Source: Octopus bimaculoides
Lineage: Eukaryota
Direction: 5' to 3'
DNA: 64,000 nucleotides
Assembly (NCBI RefSeq): GCF_001194135.2
Contig: NC_068982.1
Location: forward strand, 164,345,413-164,409,412
The notes below the pieces were generated by a model. It worked only from the letters and a program-made list of their open reading frames with translations. It was not told where the DNA came from and made no database searches. Made by a program: the position numbers and the translations under genes. Shown one piece after another: positions 12,308 through 24,200 of the stretch (position 1 is its first letter; every line of letters begins with the position of its first letter).

Positions 12308-14029
12308 ATGTACGTATTGCATACATGTATGTATATATCTGTGCATGTATGTATATATATGCATATATGATGTATATATTCTCAGTAGTAAATTACAAAA
12401 GATTAGACACGGTCTAATACTTACCATTACATAAAAGGCCGCTACGAAATGCGATTTACAATAACTAAACCGTTATATTTTCTAATTGAAAAAATGGCTG
12501 GGTGAGGGGCAATGTGACTGTTAGCTATACATGCTTTAGCATTTTATAGGAAAATCTTCAAAATTTTTGGTGATGATTTTAGCTTTCGAGATGTTTCGTC
12601 TTTTCTCTTTTCAAAGTTTAGGTTAATTTCACATAGTCGCTTTAGAATTATTCTTGTATCGTGTTCACTGAATCCGGACACAGAACACCAGATATAACAC
12701 ATCTAATATGGGCTCTATTTCTAAAATATCAACAAATGGCTGATCTTTTCATAGACAATTCAAGCACAACTACACTTCAATCTAATTAACAATCTAGTAT
12801 TTCCATAAATAGCTCTTGGCTGCCTTGAAAAATCAGCAAATCTACAGACATAAATTGAAAAGTATTTTAAGTGTAGACTTATTTCTAAAAGCTTCTCTAA
12901 TTTTGGACAGTAACCAAATATAGAGAATTAAATCTGCAGGAGATTCTACTGATAAGTTTCCCTGACAGGTTAGAGGGGAAACTAGTGGATGCAAAAGAAA
13001 AACAAAAAAAAAAAAAGTGCCCTTTATGTGAAAATGAAATTCTTGGTTTCCACATTAACAGAAAAGTTTTTAAGATTGTGCAAAATGCTTCATTAAACAG
13101 TTGGAGGAAATTTGTAGAGTTCATAAGAGTACTTGAACAAAGAAATCAAGTTTAGTATAGAGAAATTTAGAAAATTTAGAAAATATGTATTCTTTTTGCA
13201 TTCTTTGAGTTCTCAAAACAATTGTGATAAGTCTAAGTCAGAGAACTGGATAATTGTTCATTAGCAAGGAGAATTTCTATATAATAATAATCGGAATGCT
13301 TGAAGGCCGGTTGGTTCTCTGATAGTTTCCAACTTCACATCGTATAAAAAGAGGAGAGGAGAGAATAAAAGTGATATAGTGAATGTTAAATTAAGAGAAG
13401 CATGATGAATGCACGTACGACACTTGTTGGCAGGCATTAAACAACGGAACGCTATTCACAATGACTGTGAAAGGGAACGAGGAGGGGAGAGAATAAGAGT
13501 GAGAGAGAAAGAGAGTCGTCGGGGCATGGAGGAGAAGTAGAGGGAGAAGGATATTGCTTTCAAGGTGGGACCTCAGCGTAGTTGCAGTCTAATAACTAAA
13601 CTAAAACAAGTGTAAAATAAACAATACCTTGAGAGTGAACGACTTTATGTTACCATCGGTCCAGTCAGTGCCCAGATCCTGCAGCTGTGCACATGTGATT
13701 GAGACTGACTGAAATGAGTAAAGTAGTTTGGGGAGGAGTTATACAAACGAGAAATGTATTAAGTTTTTTTTAACATAAATTTATTAAATTTTATTTGAAT
13801 ATAATAAATGTTTTTTCTAAGAAAATTAGCATTCATTTCATAATTTTGTTTCAGAATGAAGAAATTTGATGAACGTTCGCATGCATGCCATATTTCCTGA
13901 TACTAGCTGTTGTCCTAAAAGTATAGTTTCAAGTTGACTCGTTATATGGCGGGTTCCTCTAGTCAAGTTAATAATGGAAGAATTGAGTAGTCCCTTGTTT
14001 ATGATAAAGTTTGTGAATATTGGCTTCAA

Positions 14030-14222
14030 ATCTAGGCACAAGGCCAACAATTTAAGGAAGAGGATAAGTCGATTACATGGACCCCAGTACTCAGCTGGTA
14101 CTGATTTTGACGACCCCGAAAGGATGAAAAGCAAATTCAACTTAGGTGGAATTTTAACTCACAACGTAAAAACGAACGAAATGCCACTAATCCGGCTAAC
14201 GTTTCTGCCAGTTGACTGCCTT
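14030..14222 (-). mobile_element. SINE, same family as 11463
   Basis: The reverse complement gives aaggcagtcaactggcagaaacgttagccgg...gctttcatcctttcggggtcgtcaaaatcagtaccag...ggccttgtgcctag. Confidence 0.8.
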
Positions 14223-14309
14223 ACATACATCACTCCACTGTATGTCCGTACATATGAAACTTTTGGAGAACTTTAGGGTTCCAGGGAACAACGGTTGAGA
14301 AACGGTGGT

Positions 14310-14940
14310 GTAGGTACTAGTCCATAAGTCTTTAGGTACTATCCTAGGTAAATCCAGGTATGAATAGAATTTACACAGTATAAATAACCAGAGAGTATCG
14401 CTACCATCAATACAAACCATCAATATGGTCGCGATACTCTCTGGATATTTATACTGTGAAAACTATAATCCTACCGGGATCTACCTAGGATAGTATTCTA
14501 ATGACTTATAGACTAGCATCTACAGTATTGGAAATTTGATCTGTGAACTTTATGTTTATTTTTTATTTTATCTTTATTTCTTTATTTCTTTATTTCTCTT
14601 TTCCTTATTTACTTAATCTATAACTTTCACATTTTCCCTATTTGTTTCCGATGACGGGATGCCTCATGTTTTGAGATATCCCAGAAACAGCTGTAAGGCT
14701 TGAAATTTTTAATAATAATAATGTATATGTCTTGAGAGGTTTGTCATGCCTTAGCGTTGGCCGTCCTCTTTAACAAATATATATCCGCTATATCGGAAAC
14801 CTAAAATGATTTCATAACTCCCGTCTCGGTTACGAGTTAGGGAGCCCTGGTAATCCGTTATAGCACTTACACAGCGTACCTATTCGTTTAGATCACCTGT
14901 GAACTAAAGCCCCATATTTTGTATATATATATATATATAT
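14310..14940 (+). mobile_element. Non-coding Penelope-type element: 5' fold-back, pyrimidine tract, hammerhead, tail ending in (TA)n
   Basis: Inverted repeat 14310-14407 / 14425-14523 and HHR at 14644. The 3' 270 bp align with the reverse complement of 60890-61200. Confidence 0.7.
14644..14699 (+). ncRNA. Type I hammerhead ribozyme motif (CCGAUGA core variant)
   Basis: GUUU-CCGAUGA-C-GGGAUGCCUC-AUGUUUU-GAGAUAUCCC-A-GAAA-CAGCUG-UA-AGGC. Stem II pairs 9/10, stem III is palindromic, cleavage triplet GUA. Confidence 0.7.
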
Positions 14941-15344
14941 NNNNNNNNNNNNNNNNNNNNNNNNNNNNNNNNNNNNNNNNNNNNNNNNNNNNNNNNNNNN
15001 NNNNNNNNNNNNNNNNNNNNNNNNNNNNNNNNNNNNNNNNNNNNNNNNNNNNNNNNNNNNNNNNNNNNNNNNNNNNNNNNNNNNNNNNNNNNNNNNNNNN
15101 NNNNNNNNNNNNNNNNNNNNNNNNNNNNNNNNNNNNNNNNNNNNNNNNNNNNNNNNNNNNNNNNNNNNNNNNNNNNNNNTATATATACACAAATATGTAA
15201 GATAAGAGGAAAGCTACAAAGTGGTTTCCTTACATGCTGAAAGTAGACACTAAATCTTCTAACCAAGAAACATGCGTTCTCATTTAACGGCGAGTTGGAT
15301 GAACACGTGCACGGCATTATGAAAAGGTATAAAACTACCAGTCA

Positions 15345-15407
15345 ATTCCATACTTCGAAGTTTCACCAATAGTAATTAAACAATTCCCTGTAGATCTTCA
15401 GTGGAAT
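15345..15407 (-). ncRNA. Type I hammerhead ribozyme motif, canonical core
   Basis: AUUCCA-CUGAAGA-[30-nt imperfect stem II]-GAAA-CUUCGAAG-UA-UGGAAU. Perfect 6-bp stem I and palindromic stem III. Confidence 0.75.
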
Positions 15408-15496
15408 CTGCTGGGGACACCTAATAATAAAACTCGAATACATACCATCTCCGTGAAAAGACACACGAGCGTATAGTGTGTATGTGTCCCCAGCGG

Positions 15497-15559
15497 ATTC
15501 TACTGAAGATGCAGGGAAAATTGCTTAATTATTAAGTGTGAAACTTCGAAGTACGGAAT
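15497..15559 (+). ncRNA. Type I hammerhead ribozyme motif, canonical core
   Basis: AUUCUA-CUGAAGA-[30 nt]-GAAA-CUUCGAAG-UA-CGGAAU. Stem I is 5 bp plus a mismatch, and stem II is ambiguous. Confidence 0.65.
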
Positions 15560-16574
15560 TAGCTGGTCCGAAGTACGGAATTGACTGCGACGTTACTGGT
15601 GCGAAGCTGTATTGGCCTTTGCCTTCCCCTTGGATAACATCGGTGGCATGGAGAGGAGAGGCTGGTATGCATGGGCGACTGCTGTCCTTCCGTAAAAACA
15701 ACCCTGGGTTGTTCGTTCGCCAGTGAGGTGACTTTCCGCCCAGACTTATACCTTTTCATAGTGTCTTGCACGAATACATCCAATGCACCGTTAAATTCAA
15801 ATGTCTTCAAGCAGTACGCCAAGCCAGAATAAATCAGCAGAGAATAAAATTCATTTTCATTTATACGAAAGAAGAATTATAAAGACTATGGTGCTAAATA
15901 TATTGATGTATATGGTAACTGTTTAGCTAATTTGTACCTGTTGTTTTTTTCAAAAGGTTTTGGTGAACAATAATAATTGGATATGTATTGAATACGTTTT
16001 AAAATGATTTTCTTTAAATTATTATTTCTCTTACTTTTCACTGCATTTAAAAATGATTTAGAACACTACCTGAGATTGCAAGTTTTCAACTATTTTATGA
16101 ATGACAATTTCCATTAAATATTTTATTGCACGAGGGTAAAGATTTTCGCATCCATCATTTACTTTAACATTATTTAATAATGATAGCATTTGCATTAAAA
16201 TTGGGGATTCTTGCAAAATATTAAATTTATATTAAGTAATTTCTTTAAAAATTCCTATTCATTTTGTTTTTATAAGCTCTTTTAATGTCAAAAGAAGATG
16301 TGTTTATCATGAGGTTTTGTAATGTATTAGACAGGAAAGAAAATCCTGTCGCATTTTTGACATGGTCACTTTGAGCGTACGTTTTCAATACTTATGCTAA
16401 AATCAAGCATTAATTTTGATATGCTAATGTTTTATTTATTTCTTTGCAGATTACGTTATATCATAGAGATTTGATTTATATAGATTTTCCCCTTTAAAAT
16501 GAGTTTAGCTAGACCTATATATGACACTGCGTGCTGTATGTATTCAAAAGGGGATCTTCAGCAATGGAAGAAGG

Positions 16575-17060
16575 AGGAGGTATTGGCTTCTCTATGGAAA
16601 TTAAGGTTTTGTCCGGGAAAGATTTCTCTTGAAAATGCCCCTCAATCAGGATGATTAATTTTTGCGAATACATTGGTTCTGAAAACCGTAGTTGAGGAAA
16701 ATCGAAAGCAAACTGCATGCGAATTAGCAAACAGTACAATTCAAATCACGTTTCGATCATAGAACATCTCGAACTCGGAAACGTGTCTAAAATTAGTCAG
16801 TTTACACCTCCCCTCGATAGCAACCGCTAAACAAAATATAAGGTATGACAGCTTAATTATTGGTACAGCCTTAAAACACTAATACATCAATGTAGAGAAT
16901 ATACCACCAGTATAGCCCAATCGACCTTAACATCAAATTCAGAATTCATCCAAGGTTGAGGCCATGTGCTGTACACCCCTCTACACAATTCAGGTTTACA
17001 AAATAAACGTTCATTGCAACAGAGTTTCTTTTCCTCAACAGACCTTGCTCTAGTTAATAT
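16575..17060 (+). mobile_element. Highly decayed mariner transposase relic
   Basis: Fragments read FSLENAPQSG, VLKTVVEENRKQTACELAN, HVSIIEHLELGNVSKISQ and a degenerate YSPDLAP-like SSTDLAL. Confidence 0.45.
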
Positions 17061-18519
17061 TACGCCAAAACAAATCAAAGAATAAAATGACCCTAGATTA
17101 AAGATAACATTCTTCAAGGAATAATAGATAAGCTACCTATATCTGAATGCGCCTCAGTCAACACCAATTCCCTACTTGATTGAATCATGTTACCACCAAA
17201 CTTGACTTTAAAATAACTTAACAGATCCTATCAAGTAATAGTATTTAGTTAGGCATGGCCTGGGCCAGACTTTGGCCGAAGCGTATCTAAGTTATCTATG
17301 CTATTCACACCATAATGAAATAAAATATATCGTAAACCTAAACGCAATGTATGTGAATGTATACGTTTTTATTTAAGGACTATTTTATAAATGCGTTTTT
17401 GAAAGAGGTTAGTTTCTTGATGGAGATTCAAAGGTATTCGAAATATTTACTAAATATTTGTAATCAACTGGATTTGTGGTAAAGACTATCAATGACGAGG
17501 TCTACAAATAATTGCGGGCAATATTTTTAGTAATACTGTGCGGGAGAGCTTTAGTTAAATGAAATGAAAAGTAGTTTTTAAGAAATGCAGATGAATCTCT
17601 CTGAGTAATTCATATATCCACAATTTGCAAGATATTCATAATTAAGGTCCAGAAATGGCTTGATATTATTTGATGATTCATCATAGTACTGGAATGTGAT
17701 AAATAGAACGAATTTGTTTCTGGTACCAAAGTATGAAGTAGATGCCTAAATCGATTCAGTTTAACTTCCTTTATTCACTAATACCCAACTTATTTTCAAA
17801 CCACCTGCACTGTAAAATTCTACGTATTCTTAAAACAGTAATTAGACACATTAATACACTAGATTCTCGTAATATACCGTGATATAGCAGCTTGTAATAC
17901 ATCAGTGTACAGTATTAGACAACAATGTTCTTAAATCTTACTACAATAATGCTAATGCAGCGCACCTTCCCATGATATCACGATGCCAAAGCAACTTATC
18001 ATTTTCCGAACACAATTCCATAGCACCAACGTTTGATTTCAGCAAGATAAGAGAACTTCAGCTTACCATTAAAACGCTCTTGCTTAACATGAAAATATTC
18101 CAATACAATGTCTGCATGTTACAGTTTGATCGATACGTTTATGCTTAAAACTTTTCATTAATCATATCATATCAAATTATCCATTATGGACATCACGAAT
18201 TTTCCAGTTCTGTGCAATAAACATTCTATCTATTCATATATCTTCGAATATGCGCTATCATTCAATAGTTTCATCTAATATGTTACGATAAAAAATAAAG
18301 CTATTTTAATCAGTTATATATGCCTGCAACAATACTCCTATGGAGCTCAAAAGTAAAACATATTTATCATAAATTTCACTGGAGTACAATGACCTAGATT
18401 CCGAATCCTCAAAATTGCTGGAAAATGTGCTGAAAATATATTAAAATACGAAAGCAAGTACAGTTCTATATTTAAGAGATGAGGAATTATGTACATTATT
18501 TATATTATTTACATTTGAC

Positions 18520-18757
18520 GGATATTTGTCAATACGAAAACTAAAAGCAGCAACACATATGCTAAGACACAACAACCTCCTAAGCAGACCGAGTGCAGGT
18601 ATGAATAGGATATGGGAACCGGCATTAAGGAAAGATAGGAAAATATTAGATTTATAAGCCCTGAAATTCACCCCATAATTGCCCACGGCCATATGGCGTA
18701 GTGGTTAAGATTGTGGGTTACTAACCCCAAGATTTCGAGTTTGATTCTAGGCAGTGA

Positions 18758-18792
<35 letters not shown>

Positions 18793-18915
18793 TCAAAACA
18801 TACTTCAGGAATCTCAGGTTCGAAATTTCCCCAAGACACCTGATGAAGGCCCGAGGGTATATCAGCCGGAAGGTTGTGTTAACACAAACATCCGTCAAAT
18901 GTAAATAATGTACTT
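18520..18915 (+). mobile_element. Penelope-like 3' end: GIY-YIG C-terminus, tRNA-like segment, (AAT)n, hammerhead relic
   Basis: RKLKAATHMLRHNNLLSRPSAGMNRIWEPALRKDRK, A-box TGGCGTAGTGG at 18695-18705, degenerate B-box at about 18737, (AAT)n at 18762-18790, HHR core at 18840. Confidence 0.7.
18836..18880 (+). ncRNA. Minimal hammerhead relic (GAAAC mutated)
   Basis: ACAC-CUGAUGA-AGGC..16 nt..GCC-GGAAGGUU-GUGU. Stem I ACAC/GUGU is intact, but GAAACGUU appears as GGAAGGUU. Confidence 0.55.
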
Positions 18916-19481
18916 AAGCAAGCATTTGCTTTTAAATTGGGTATAAGTGAAAATATCTATTTGTATATTTTATGACATAATTTAGAATAATCTTTGACAA
19001 CAGATGAGAAAGAAACTTAATTTTGATATTTATTTGACACAAACGAACTATACTACCCCACCCCCAAGTATTATTAACGAGACTACATATTAACAACAGG
19101 AAATCTAATCGTATGCATAGCTAAATCGGTATTACTCTGTGAATATATTTTCAATCACATCTAAGTAGCATCTAATGAATTCATTAATATAATGCAAAAT
19201 ATTTTAACATTCTTACGTTCATGTTTACCTTTGTTGTGGTTGTCCAAATTACTTCTTTTTTCTCTCTTGATTGCTTTTTTTCATTTGTTTTCCCCCCTTC
19301 CTTGTTTCCTCTCAATTTATCTCTAATATGATAATCCACGTGGTGCTCTAAGCATAACAGTTGCTATTGCACATTTATTTGTAAACACAAGATATACTAT
19401 AACGCACAATATGATTGAATCAATAAATGAATCCAGAGTACTCGTCCTATACCAAGTCCAGCTCAATTTTAACATGCCTCC

Positions 19482-19563
<82 letters not shown>

Positions 19564-19719
19564 AACATATACGTGTACATTAGTTAGGATATACTGCGGA
19601 TATACAAAAAACTGGAGGAAAATTGCTTTACTTAAAAAAAAGAGAGATAATTTATACCTGTAAATACATACGCATGCATATATATACACATCTTTCTTGG
19701 GTATATACTATCTTCCTAG

Positions 19720-20170
19720 CGGGATATATTATGAGTCGTATGTCTAAATGATTTGTATGGTTGTTGACGTGTTGTCCTATCTAGGAATCAGTATAAGTCT
19801 CTTAATATTGTTTTCTATTAAATTAGGATTTGTAGATCCTACAAATGGTTACTTACCTGGACGTCTTGAGGCGGTGTATTATACTTGACAATTATAGTGC
19901 CTTCGGATAGTTATGTTAAGGTTTGTTGAATGGAAAGCTATTTTGTTACTTGTTAGTATGAAGATTGTTTTGGTAACGTAGGGAAAGTTGGGCGGGATAC
20001 TGTCGTGTTTAGCCGTTGGAAAAAATATACATGCTTGAAATGTCTTTCAAGATTTTATATTTGCAGTAAAAGACTAATTTTTAGTTACGGTTACTTATTT
20101 GGTTTTAGAGAAGATAATACGGAGGTTCAGCCATGCAGATTTGGCAGGATTTTATTTTCTTGGCATATTT
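19720..20170 (-). mobile_element. Possible Penelope RT-thumb/GIY-YIG relic
   Basis: Scattered motifs AWLNL and HDSIPPNF resemble the PLE linker WLNLPY...KDKIPP. Many stops. Confidence 0.2.
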
Positions 20171-20607
20171 GCGTTTACGACAATATTTTGCAATTAAATC
20201 TAAATAGGATATAGTATAACTCTAGTGTCCATATATATTATATATTACAACTCTAGTGTCCATATATNNNNNNNNNNNNNNNNNNNNNNNNNNNNNNNNN
20301 NNNNNNNNNNNNNNNNNNNNNNNNNNNNNNNNNNNNNNNNNNNNNNNNNNNNNNNNNNNNNNNNNNNNNNNNNNNNNNNNNNNNNNNNNNNNNNNNNNNN
20401 NNTATATATATATATATATATATATCTTTAGATAATAAAGTATCAGATTTTTCGTTTCGCGCGAAAGAATATGTTTCGTGGTTGTTTTGTATTTTAAACC
20501 TATTTTCTGTTGATCCTGTTTCGTATTGTTCACATTTAAGACTTTGGCTATAGATGAGAAATATATATATATATATCAAAATGTTGGAACAATGCCAGCA
20601 GTTCTGA

Positions 20608-20787
20608 GGGAGGGGCTGAGTTAATGACATCGACCCCACTGCTCAAGGGATACTTGTTTTATCGTTCCTGTAAGTATGACGGGCAAAGTCTACCTCGGCG
20701 GCATTTGAACTCAGAGCATAAAGACGGACGAAATGTTGCTAAGTATTTTTGCCGGCGTCCTAACGAATCTGCCCGTTCGCTGCTTTA
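20608..20787 (-). mobile_element. SINE, same family as 11463
   Basis: The reverse complement gives aaagcagcgaacgggcagattcgttaggacgccggc...gagttcaaatgcccgccgaggtagactttgccc...gtggggtcgatgtcattaactcagcccct. Confidence 0.75.
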
Positions 20788-20939
20788 GGAGAGTTGTACA
20801 TTCATGGTGCAATTGAACCAAAACCTTTTCATATCCCTATTTTTATACTTTTCTTTAAATGTAGGCGGGTTGTTTTATATGTAATCTACTCTTTCTCTAA
20901 TCACTGCTGTGATGTGCTTCATTATAAGACATTGCTATT

Positions 20940-21254
20940 TCAAAGAAAACACTTTTGTTCAAAGATATAGAAAAGCATTTGAGAAATATCTTCTTTACTA
21001 GACATTAAATATACTTTTAGGGTGGTTGGACTGTCTACGAATGTACTGACGTTTTCGATTTCGTCAGGATGAAGTTCATATATAGTGTATTCTATGTATA
21101 GGATAATATCGCGAAAGTTCTCTGAATTAAGATATGTGGCTGCTGTAATATAGAAATCTAAATTTTTAATGAAGATATAAAATTCCTTCCTAAACTTGTT
21201 CATGAGCATTGAAGTATCTTTCGAGGAGTAGAGAGTTGTCTCTGTAGTGACCAC
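20940..21254 (-). CDS. Candidate exon of unknown protein
   Basis: A 136-codon stop-free frame in AT-rich, non-repetitive DNA with an in-frame acceptor ttctacttcgtatcag|GTG. It encodes VVTTETTLYSSKDTSMLMNKFRKEFYIFIKNLDFYITAATYLNSENFRDIILYIEYTIYELHPDEIENV... No homology recognised. Confidence 0.25.
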   Translation of the reverse strand: MVTTETTLYSSKDTSMLMNKFRKEFYIFIKNLDFYITAATYLNSENFRDIILYIEYTIYELHPDEIENVSTFVDSPTTLKVYLMSSKEDISQMLFYIFEQKCFL

Positions 21255-24200
21255 CTGATACGAAGTAGAATTTATTGTGTAGTAATGATTATTTTTACGC
21301 TGATCATATAACATATTTTTACAATGTCCTTTACTCCGATGATAACATCATGCTGTGCTTGAGAAGAAATATTATATATATATATTTGTTGCTATAGTTT
21401 CAGCTCAGAGCTATGACCATGCTGATGCACGTATATANNNNNNNNNNNNNNNNNNNNNNNNNNNNNNNNNNNNNNNNNNNNNNNNNNNNNNNNNNNNNNN
21501 NNNNNNNNNNNNNNNNNNNNNNNNNNNNNNNNNNNNNNNNNNNNNNNNNNNNNNNNNNNNNNNNNNNNNNNNNNNNNNNNNNNNNNNNNNNNNNNNNNNN
21601 NNNNNNNNNNNNNNNNNNNNNNNNNNNNNNNNNNNNNNNNNNNNNNNNNNNNNNNNNNNNNNNNNNNNNNNNNNNNNNNNNNNNNNNNNNNNNNNNNNNN
21701 NNNNNNNNNNNNNNNNNNNNNNNNNNNNNNNNNNNNNNNNNNNNNNNNNNNNNNNNNNNNNNNNNNNNNNNNNNNNNNNNNNNNNNNNNNNNNNNNNNNN
21801 NNNNNNNNNNNNNNNNNNNNNNNNNNNNNNNNNNNNNNNNNNNNNNNNNNNNNNNNNNNNNNNNNNNNNNNNNNNNNNNNNNNNNNNNNNNNNNNNNNNN
21901 NNNNNNNNNNNNNNNNNNNNNNNNNNNNNNNNNNNNNNNNNNNNNNNNNNNNNNNNNNNNNNNNNNNNNNNNNNNNNNNNNNNNNNNNNNNNNNNNNNNN
22001 NNNNNNNNNNNNNNNNNNNNNNNNNNNNNNNNNNNNNNNNNNNNNNNNNNNNNNNNNNNNNNNNNNNNNNNNNNNNNNNNNNNNNNNNNNNNNNNATATA
22101 TATACATATATATACATACATATGTATTTATAGGTATATATGTGTGTGTCCGCTAATGACATCTACACATATGTGCCATATTCTTTTCTCTGTATATAAT
22201 AATTTATTCAAGTATGTGAATACATAGAGACACCTCCACCCGACCACCACACATATATACGTATATAAACATATATATGATTGTCATATATAAGATTTGA
22301 GGACACAAAACATTAATCTTATACTGCTTATAATAATATATTATATAATATTATATGATATAATGTAATGAAATATAATATAATGTAATATAACACAATA
22401 CAATATAATATAATACAATGGTGCTGCTCCTTGGTTGTGAACTTTGTAAGTAATTTGTTCAGCTATGACGTATTTCCCCCAATGAGTTGTTGTGTATTTT
22501 AGTAATGCGTTTTGTGTGATGCGCAGAAAGCAATTAATTTGCATGATATTCACATGGAAATGTTTTACTATATAGGGTGATACGCGGTGTGCGGTCTATA
22601 TGAAGATGGAACTAATTAAACTTACTTTTTTTAATACTGTTTTTAGATTAGGCCAGCAACGACCGATAATTAAAAACATTGCGTACACAACTTATGCATT
22701 AGTATATTGATATCTGCTTATGTATAATCGTCTATGATTATCTTTATTATATTTCATTTCGAAATGTTTTGGCTTGCCTATGGGAGCATTCAGAAATGTG
22801 TTACTCACACCGGTACATTTATTGACAGAGATATCACTGCATTTTTTATACTGATAAGTTATTGTAAAATATTAGGAAACTTGAGTTTTGTGAAGAAGGA
22901 AGTTGTCATTTAAATCGCCCTCGGAAAGGAAAAAGGGTGAAGTTGGTCTGATTGGGATTTGAAATAAGAATACAGAATCGGAACAAATACTGTAAAGTAA
23001 CTAGTTAGATAGTCTAACGATTTTGCTAGCTCGCCACCCTGTTGTTGAATGCAATTGAAAAGACAAATTCAGAGGAGATGTTATCTTTTTGATTTTTCAG
23101 AATAATTGGCAAATCTACTCTAACCCCAAACTCTGCTGCATAGGCCATTTATATGGCATTTGTGTTTGAACTTGCTAAGAATGTAACTGGAAAAACACAT
23201 TTTCGAAACTATTTCAATGTTGCTTACGTTTCAGCTATAGGGTGCTATTTTAATAGAAATTGCATATGAAGTGAAGGAATCATAATTTTGAGATGTATTG
23301 TAATTGAGAAATTTCTGTGATAGAAACATACAGCTGACTTCATTTAAATTAACGAAAGGAAAAATATACATTCGAATCACTCAGCAGTAAAATATTTATC
23401 TTTGCATTTCAAGACACTTTATATTGATCAAACAATTCATTTTTGATTTCACATACGATTTACATAACTAAAGATGAAAGCTTTTACAAGTGGAATCAGT
23501 GTATAAGGATATGCAATATATATAGATATCTACGATCGACATTATACGTGTCATATGTGTTTATTCCATGATTTCATTTTATATAGACAAAAAGGCAGCA
23601 ATTCCCTCACAAGCGATAAGAATCTTTTCCATGAATGTTATAGGAATACAAGAATATAATCCTGATGGTTTTGAACATTGGCAATATCGAAGGAAATTAA
23701 ATAGAATTATGGCATCAAACTTTGTAAACATCAGCCGTATTTTTTGCTTTAGAGTAAACACTATTTGGAAGAAATTCATGTTTCTTGTTAACGTCTGACA
23801 GTTAAAATTTTACTTCTGAATATAAATATGCCGATATACCATACCTAAATTATTGCGTTGTAGTATTGTATACTCTTCCAGTTTTAGTTGCAATAAATAA
23901 CGTATAATTCCTGTATATACGTTTTGAGATAGTTTGGATTAAGGCCGAGGACATAAAAGATCATTAAAGCTAAATTGTTGTATATTAGGTATATAGCAAT
24001 GGACTATACTAGCTTAGAATTTTACCAATAACATTTCACTTAAAACTATTCTGCGTTTTACTTGGAGACAAAACATACAGTTCCAAATAGCTTATATTAA
24101 ATAGTTGAATATTGAACTATAAGACCTTGTGAGCTGTTCGGTTGTTGATATTGAAGTTTCCAAGTTTTAACTGACAAAACAAGCCTTGATAGTAAGATTT

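Larger units (their letters stand above)
15338..15587. mobile_element. Palindromic non-coding element with a hammerhead in each arm
   Basis: Arms 15338-15420 and 15484-15566 (about 83 bp, imperfect) with a 63-bp spacer. The HHR 3' end is partially repeated at 15567-15587. Confidence 0.75.

Noticed and set aside
13856-13920. Strong acceptor followed by MPYFLILAVVLK (signal-peptide-like)
   Set aside because: The donor is weak, there is an upstream out-of-frame ATG, and no compatible downstream exon could be linked.
14270-14308. ggttgagaaacggtg resembling a hAT/Charlie TIR
   Set aside because: Only one degenerate end is visible and no partner TIR was found.
21025-21070. Minus-strand CUGACGA-AAUC-GAAA resembling a hammerhead core
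   Set aside because: Only 4 nt lie between the core halves (no stem II), and the stem III register does not work.
23587-23800. Overlapping ~70-aa ORFs on both strands with plausible acceptors
   Set aside because: No recognisable homology, and the strand cannot be decided.
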